Assembly: GCA_963765765.1 (NCBI GenBank)
Contig: CAVXYC010000015.1
Span: 736,001-800,000 of the forward strand
Direction of reading: 5' to 3'
Length of the DNA stretch: 64,000 bases
Source of the DNA: an uncultured Chloroflexia bacterium
GTDB lineage: Bacteria; Chloroflexota; UBA6077; JACCZL01
How positions within the stretch are numbered: position 1 is the stretch's first letter; each line of letters starts with the position of its first letter. The notes under the pieces were generated by a model that was given only the letters and a program-made list of their open reading frames with translations, did no database searches and was not told the DNA's origin. Position numbers and translations under genes: made by a program. Below are positions 59,612-64,000 of the stretch, in pieces.

Positions 59612-60601
59612 TCAGATCGTGACGACGACCCGGCCGCGGACCCGGCCTTCCATCAGCCGTGGGCGTTCGCGACCGCATCGTCGAGCGGCACCTCGGTCGT
59701 CATCGCCTCGAGCGCGGCCGGGTCGAGGTCGCGCGCGAGCCGCTGCCACGCCTCGCGGCGCAGCGCGATCGGCGCCATCACGCTGTCGATGCCGGCCAGG
59801 GTGACGCCGCGCAGGATGAACGGCATCACCGTGCCCGGCAGGTCGCTGCCCTGCGCCAGGCCGCAGGCCGCGACCACGCCGCCGTAGCGCGTCTGCGCCA
59901 GCGCGTTGGCCAGCGTGTGGCTGCCGACCGCGTCGACGACGCGCGGCCCAGCGCTCCTTCTGCAGCGGCTTGCCGGCGCGCGGCGAGCTCGGCCCGGTCG
60001 ATCACGTGCGCGAGCGCCGAGCTCGCGTCAGGTAGTCGCGCCTCGCTCGCCTTGCCGGTCGCGCAGGCCACGACGCGTGGCCGAGCTTCGCGAGCAGCGC
60101 CGATCGCGACGCTGCCGACGCCGCCGGTCGCGCCGGTGACCAGCACCTCGCCGTCGCCCGGCTTCAGCCCGTGCCGCTCGAGCGCCAGCACGCACAGCAT
60201 CGCGGTGTAGCCGGCGGTGCCGATGCGCCATCGCCTGCCGGGTCGAGAAGCCGGACGGCAGCCGCGACCAGGCCGTCGCCGCGACAGCCGCGCCTGCTCG
60301 CGCCAGGCAGCCCCAGTGCGTCTCGCCGACGCCCCAGCCGTTGTGCGACGACCCGGTCGCCGGCCTTCCAGTCGGATGGCGGCTCTCGCAGCACCGTGCC
60401 GGCGCCGTCGATGCCGGCGACCATCGGCCAGCTGCGCACGACCGGGCCCGGTTGGTGATCGCCAGGCCGTCCTTGTAGTTGAGCGTCGAGTGCTCGACCC
60501 GGACCAGCACGTCGGCCTCGCGGCAGGCGGGCTTCGTCGATCGACTGCACGCCGGCGCGAAAGCCGGCGTCGTCCTTTTCGAGCAGCAGGGCATGGAACA
60601 T
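59612..60601 (-). CDS. acuI: Acryloyl-CoA reductase AcuI/YhdH (MDR family)
   Basis: [29 protein letters not shown] and [15 protein letters not shown]. Confidence 0.85.
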
Positions 60602-60743
60602 CGGAGACTCCTCGGTGGATCGACGAGGATAGCCGGCGCTGCGGCCCGCGGTACTAGCGGTCGGCGATCTCGCATGCGAACGTGCGTCGCCGGGCATTCC
60701 GCGCCGCGACGCCCGGCACGAGGGGAAGCGGCACAATCGAGGG

Positions 60744-61871
60744 ATGGCCGAAAGAGTGATCCCGCTGGCCGACCAGCGCTACGCCTCGGCGCGCCCCCGC
60801 GCGTGCCGCTGGAGCCGCACGCGCCGAACGGCAACCTGCTCGACACGCTCGGCCGGCCGCTGCGCGACCTGCGCATCTCGGTGACCGACCGCTGCAACTT
60901 CCGCTGCAGCTACTGCATGCCGAAGGAGGTGTTCGACAAGGACTACGCGTTCCTGCCGCACGCGTCGCTGCTGAGCTTCGAGGAGATCACGCGCGCTGGC
61001 GCGCATGTTCGCGGCGCACGGCGTGCGCAAGGTCCGGCTGACCGGCGGCGAGCCGCTGCTGCGCAAGAACCTCGAGGTGCTGGTCGGCATGCTGCGCGAG
61101 CTGCGCACGCCCGACGGCGAGCCGCTCGACCTGACGCTCACGACCAACGGCTCGGTGCTCGCGCGCAAGGCGCAGGCGCTGAAGGATGCCGGGCTGCGAG
61201 CGCGTGACGGTCAGCCTGGATGCGCTCGACGACGCGATCTTCCGGCGCATGAACGACGCCGATTTCCGGTCGCCGACGGTGCTCGACGGCATCGACGCGG
61301 CGCAGCGCGCCGGCCTCGGCGCCGATCAAGGTCAACATGGTCGTCAAGCGCGGCACCAACGACGACCAGATCCTGCCGATGGCGCGCCACTTCCAGGGCA
61401 CGCGGCGTCGTGCTGCGCTTCATCGAGTACATGGACGTCGGCGCGACCAACGGCTGGCGCATGGACGAGGTGCTGCCGTCGGCCGAGGTGCGTGCGCGCG
61501 CATCGGCGCCGAGCTTCCCGCTCGAGCCGATCGACGCCAGCGCCGCCGGCGAGACCGCGCAGCGCTGGCGCTACGCCGACGGCGGCGGCGAGATCGGCGT
61601 GATCTCGAGCGTCACGCAGGCGTTCTGCCGCGACTGCAACCGCGCGCGCCTGTCGACCGAAGGCAAGCTCTTCCTGTGCCTGTTCGCCAGCCGCGGGCCA
61701 CGACCTGCGCGCGCTGCTGCGCGGCGGCTGCAGCGACGCGCAGATCGCCGGCGGCGATCGGCCTGATCTGGAACGCGCGCGACGACCGCTACTCCGAGCT
61801 GCGCGGCGCGCCGAGCAGCGCCGGCGGCACGCCGCGCGCCGCGCGTCGAGATGCACTACATCGGCGGCTGA
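60744..61871 (+). CDS. moaA: GTP 3',8-cyclase
   Basis: [25 protein letters not shown] and C-terminal MHYIGG. Confidence 0.92.
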
Positions 61872-62478
61872 TGCCCGTCACCCTGATCGCGCGCGACCAG
61901 ATCACCGGCCTGATCCTCGCCGGCGGGCGCGGCAGCCGCATGGGCGGCGTCGACAAGGGACTGCAGAACCACCTGGGCATGCCGCTCGCGCTGCATGCGC
62001 TGCTGCGGCTGGCGCCGCAGGTCGGCGACGTCATGATCAATGCCAACCGCAACCTCGGCGCCTACGAATCGATGGGCGTGCCGGTGTGGCCCGACGCGCT
62101 GCCCGACTACGCCGGCCCGCTGGCCGGCTTCCTGACCGGCCTCGAACGCTGCGAGACGCCGTACCTCGTCACCGTGCCGTGCGACTCGCCGCGCTTCCCG
62201 CTCGACCTGGTCGCGCGCCTGGCCGAGGCGCTCGAAGCGCAGGACGCCGAGATCGCGATCGCGGCGACCCGAGGGCGACGGCGAGCCAGGTCCATCCGGT
62301 GTTCTGCCTGATGAAGACGTCGCTGCTGGAGAGCCTGGTGCGCTTCACCACGGCGGCGAGCGCAAGATCGACCGCTGGACCGCGCAGCACCGCTGCGTCG
62401 AGGTCGTTTCGACGACGCGCGGCGTTCGTCAACGCGAACACCGCGAGCGAGCTGCAGCAGCTGCAGGCCGATGGCTGA
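61871..62478 (+). CDS. mobA: Molybdenum cofactor guanylyltransferase
   Basis: [20 protein letters not shown] and VPCD. Confidence 0.9.
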
Positions 62479-62652
62479 CGTGACGATCCGCCGCATGCGA
62501 CGCGCGACCTGCGCGCCTACAAGGCGCTGCGCGACAGATGCTGGCGCATCCCGAGGCCTTCACGTCGGACGCGTGACCGAGCGGCATCGCGCGCCGAGAC
62601 TACTGCCGCGCCTCGGCCTGAACGTCCCGAGGCGGGCACGCAGCGGCGCTGA
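62471..62652 (+). pseudogene. Probable GNAT acetyltransferase N-terminal remnant
   Basis: Stitched MADVTIRR...AYKALRD.ML..HPEAFTSD resembles a GNAT N-terminus, but it ends after about 60 codons. Confidence 0.45.
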
Positions 62653-62702
62653 GCCCCGTGCGGGTGCGGCCGCAGCCGTCATCAAGCCTGCCTGTCCGAC
62701 CC

Positions 62703-64000
62703 ATGACCGACGGCCTATGCGCGCACGCTGCAATGGCAGATCGCCTCCTGCGTCGGCGGCTACGACCCGAACGCGCTGCCGGTCGCGCAGGCGCAGGAGT
62801 TCATCGCCGGCTGGTGCCGCCGGTCAGCGCCGTGGAGATGCTGCGATCCGCGCGGCGCTCGGCCGCGTGCTGGCGCGCGACGTCGTCTCGCGCGATCGAC
62901 GTGCCGGCGCACGACAACTCGGCGATGGACGGCTACGCGCTGCGCGGCGCCGACCTGCGAGCCGACGCGCGACACCGTGCTCGAAGTCGGTCGGCACCGG
63001 CTTCGCCGGCAGGCAGTTCGACGGCCGCGGTCGCGCCGCGGCAGTGCGTCCGCATCATGACCGGCGCGGTCATGCCGGCCGGGCTCGACACCGTCGTGCC
63101 GCAGGAGTTCGTCGCGCGTCGAGGGCGGCCGTGTGACGGTCCCGGCCGGCGTGGTGCGCACGCGGCGACAACCGGCGCCTGGCCGGCGAAGACCTGGCGC
63201 GCGGCGAAGCGGCGCTGCGCGCCGGCCGCGTGCTGCGCCCGGCCGACATCGGCCTGCTGGCGTCGCTCGGCCAGGCCGAGGTGCCGGTGCTGCGCCGCCT
63301 GCGCGTGGCCTTCTTCTCGACCGGCGACGAACTGCGCTCGATCGGCGAGCCGCTCGACGCCGGCTGCGTCTACGACAGCAACCGCTACACGCTGTGGGCC
63401 ATGCTGCAGCGCCTGGGCGTCGACCTGCTCGACCTCGGCGTCGTGCGCGACGAACCGGCCGCGCTCGAGGCTGCGTTCCGCGCAGGCCGCCGGCAGCGCC
63501 GATGCGGTGATCACGTCGGGCGGCGTCAGCGTCGGCGAGGCCGACCACACCAAGCAGGTGATGGCGAGCTCGGCGACGTGCTGTTCTGGCGCATCGCGAT
63601 GCGGCCCGGGCCGGCCGATGGCGATCGGCCGCATCGGCAGCGATGGCGCGACAGGCGCGATCCTGTTCGGCCTGCCCGGCAATCCGGTCGCGGTGATGGT
63701 GACGTTCTACGCCTTCGTGCGCGACGCGCTGCTGGCGATGAGCGGCGCGACGCGCGAGCCGCTGCCGCTGCTGCGCGCGGCCAGCGCGCGCCGATCCGCA
63801 AGAAGCCGGGCCGCACCGAGTACCAGCGCGGCATCGTCAGCCGCGGCGCCGACGGCCGCTGGCAGGTCGCGCATCACCGGCTCGCAGGGCTCCGGCATCC
63901 TGCGCAGCATGAGCGAGGCCAACGGCCTGGTCGTGCTGCACCATGAGCAGGGCAACGTCGCCGCCGGCGAGCCGGTCGACGTGCTGCCGTTCGACGGCCT
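62703..64000 (+). CDS. moeA: Molybdopterin molybdotransferase (paralog 2; runs off the window)
   Basis: DNSAMDGYA, IMTGA, FSTGDEL, SGGVSVGEAD, LPGNPV and QGSGIL. Confidence 0.9.
   Translation, partial: MTDGLCAHAAMADRLLRRRLRPERAAGRAGAGVHRRLVPPVSAVEMLRSARRSAACWRATSSRAIDVPAHDNSAMDGYALRGADLRADARHRARSRSAPASPAGSSTAAVAPRQCVRIMTGAVMPAGLDTVVPQEFVARRGRPCDGPGRRGAHAATTGAWPAKTWRAAKRRCAPAACCARPTSACWRRSARPRCRCCAACAWPSSRPATNCARSASRSTPAASTTATATRCGPCCSAWASTCSTSASCATNRPRSRLRSAQAAGSADAVITSGGVSVGEADHTKQVMASSATCCSGASRCGPGRPMAIGRIGSDGATGAILFGLPGNPVAVMVTFYAFVRDALLAMSGATREPLPLLRAASARRSARSRAAPSTSAASSAAAPTAAGRSRITGSQGSGILRSMSEANGLVVLHHEQGNVAAGEPVDVLPFDG

Overview
The window contains two unrelated segments joined at about 26,495. 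The left segment (1-26.5 kb) is roughly 60% GC by eye with a modest indel load, and its gene content suggests a Chloroflexota-like or other terrabacterial genome (inference). It carries: a PAC2 chaperone; a complete assimilatory nitrate operon (nrtABD-narK-narB/nasA-nirA-hemD) next to a PucR regulator; long-form dcd; a HAD phosphatase; an amidase with a small GatC-like partner; a candidate structured ncRNA; three REP/REPIN-like palindrome families; and an osmotic/K+ module (APC permease, truncated KdpD-like kinase, KdpE, small membrane protein, KimA-like transporter, GH63, uncharacterised protein) with no kdpFABC. The right segment (26.5-64 kb) is roughly 70% GC by eye, has frameshifts in almost every gene, and has typical Burkholderiales (Rubrivivax/Piscinibacter-like) housekeeping synteny: potGHI, dusA, psd, rpsF-priB-rpsR-rplI-dnaB, clpB, Moco genes, hom-thrC, alaA, bcp, phoH, prpE, an AbfD-like protein, acuI and moaA-mobA-moeA. 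The join is most likely an assembly chimera. The best candidates for new biology are the KdpDE-KimA/APC module, the promoter-hairpin-terminator RNA, and the AbfD-like protein with rearranged Cys ligands. Many CDS coordinates are stitched by hand across frameshifts and are approximate.
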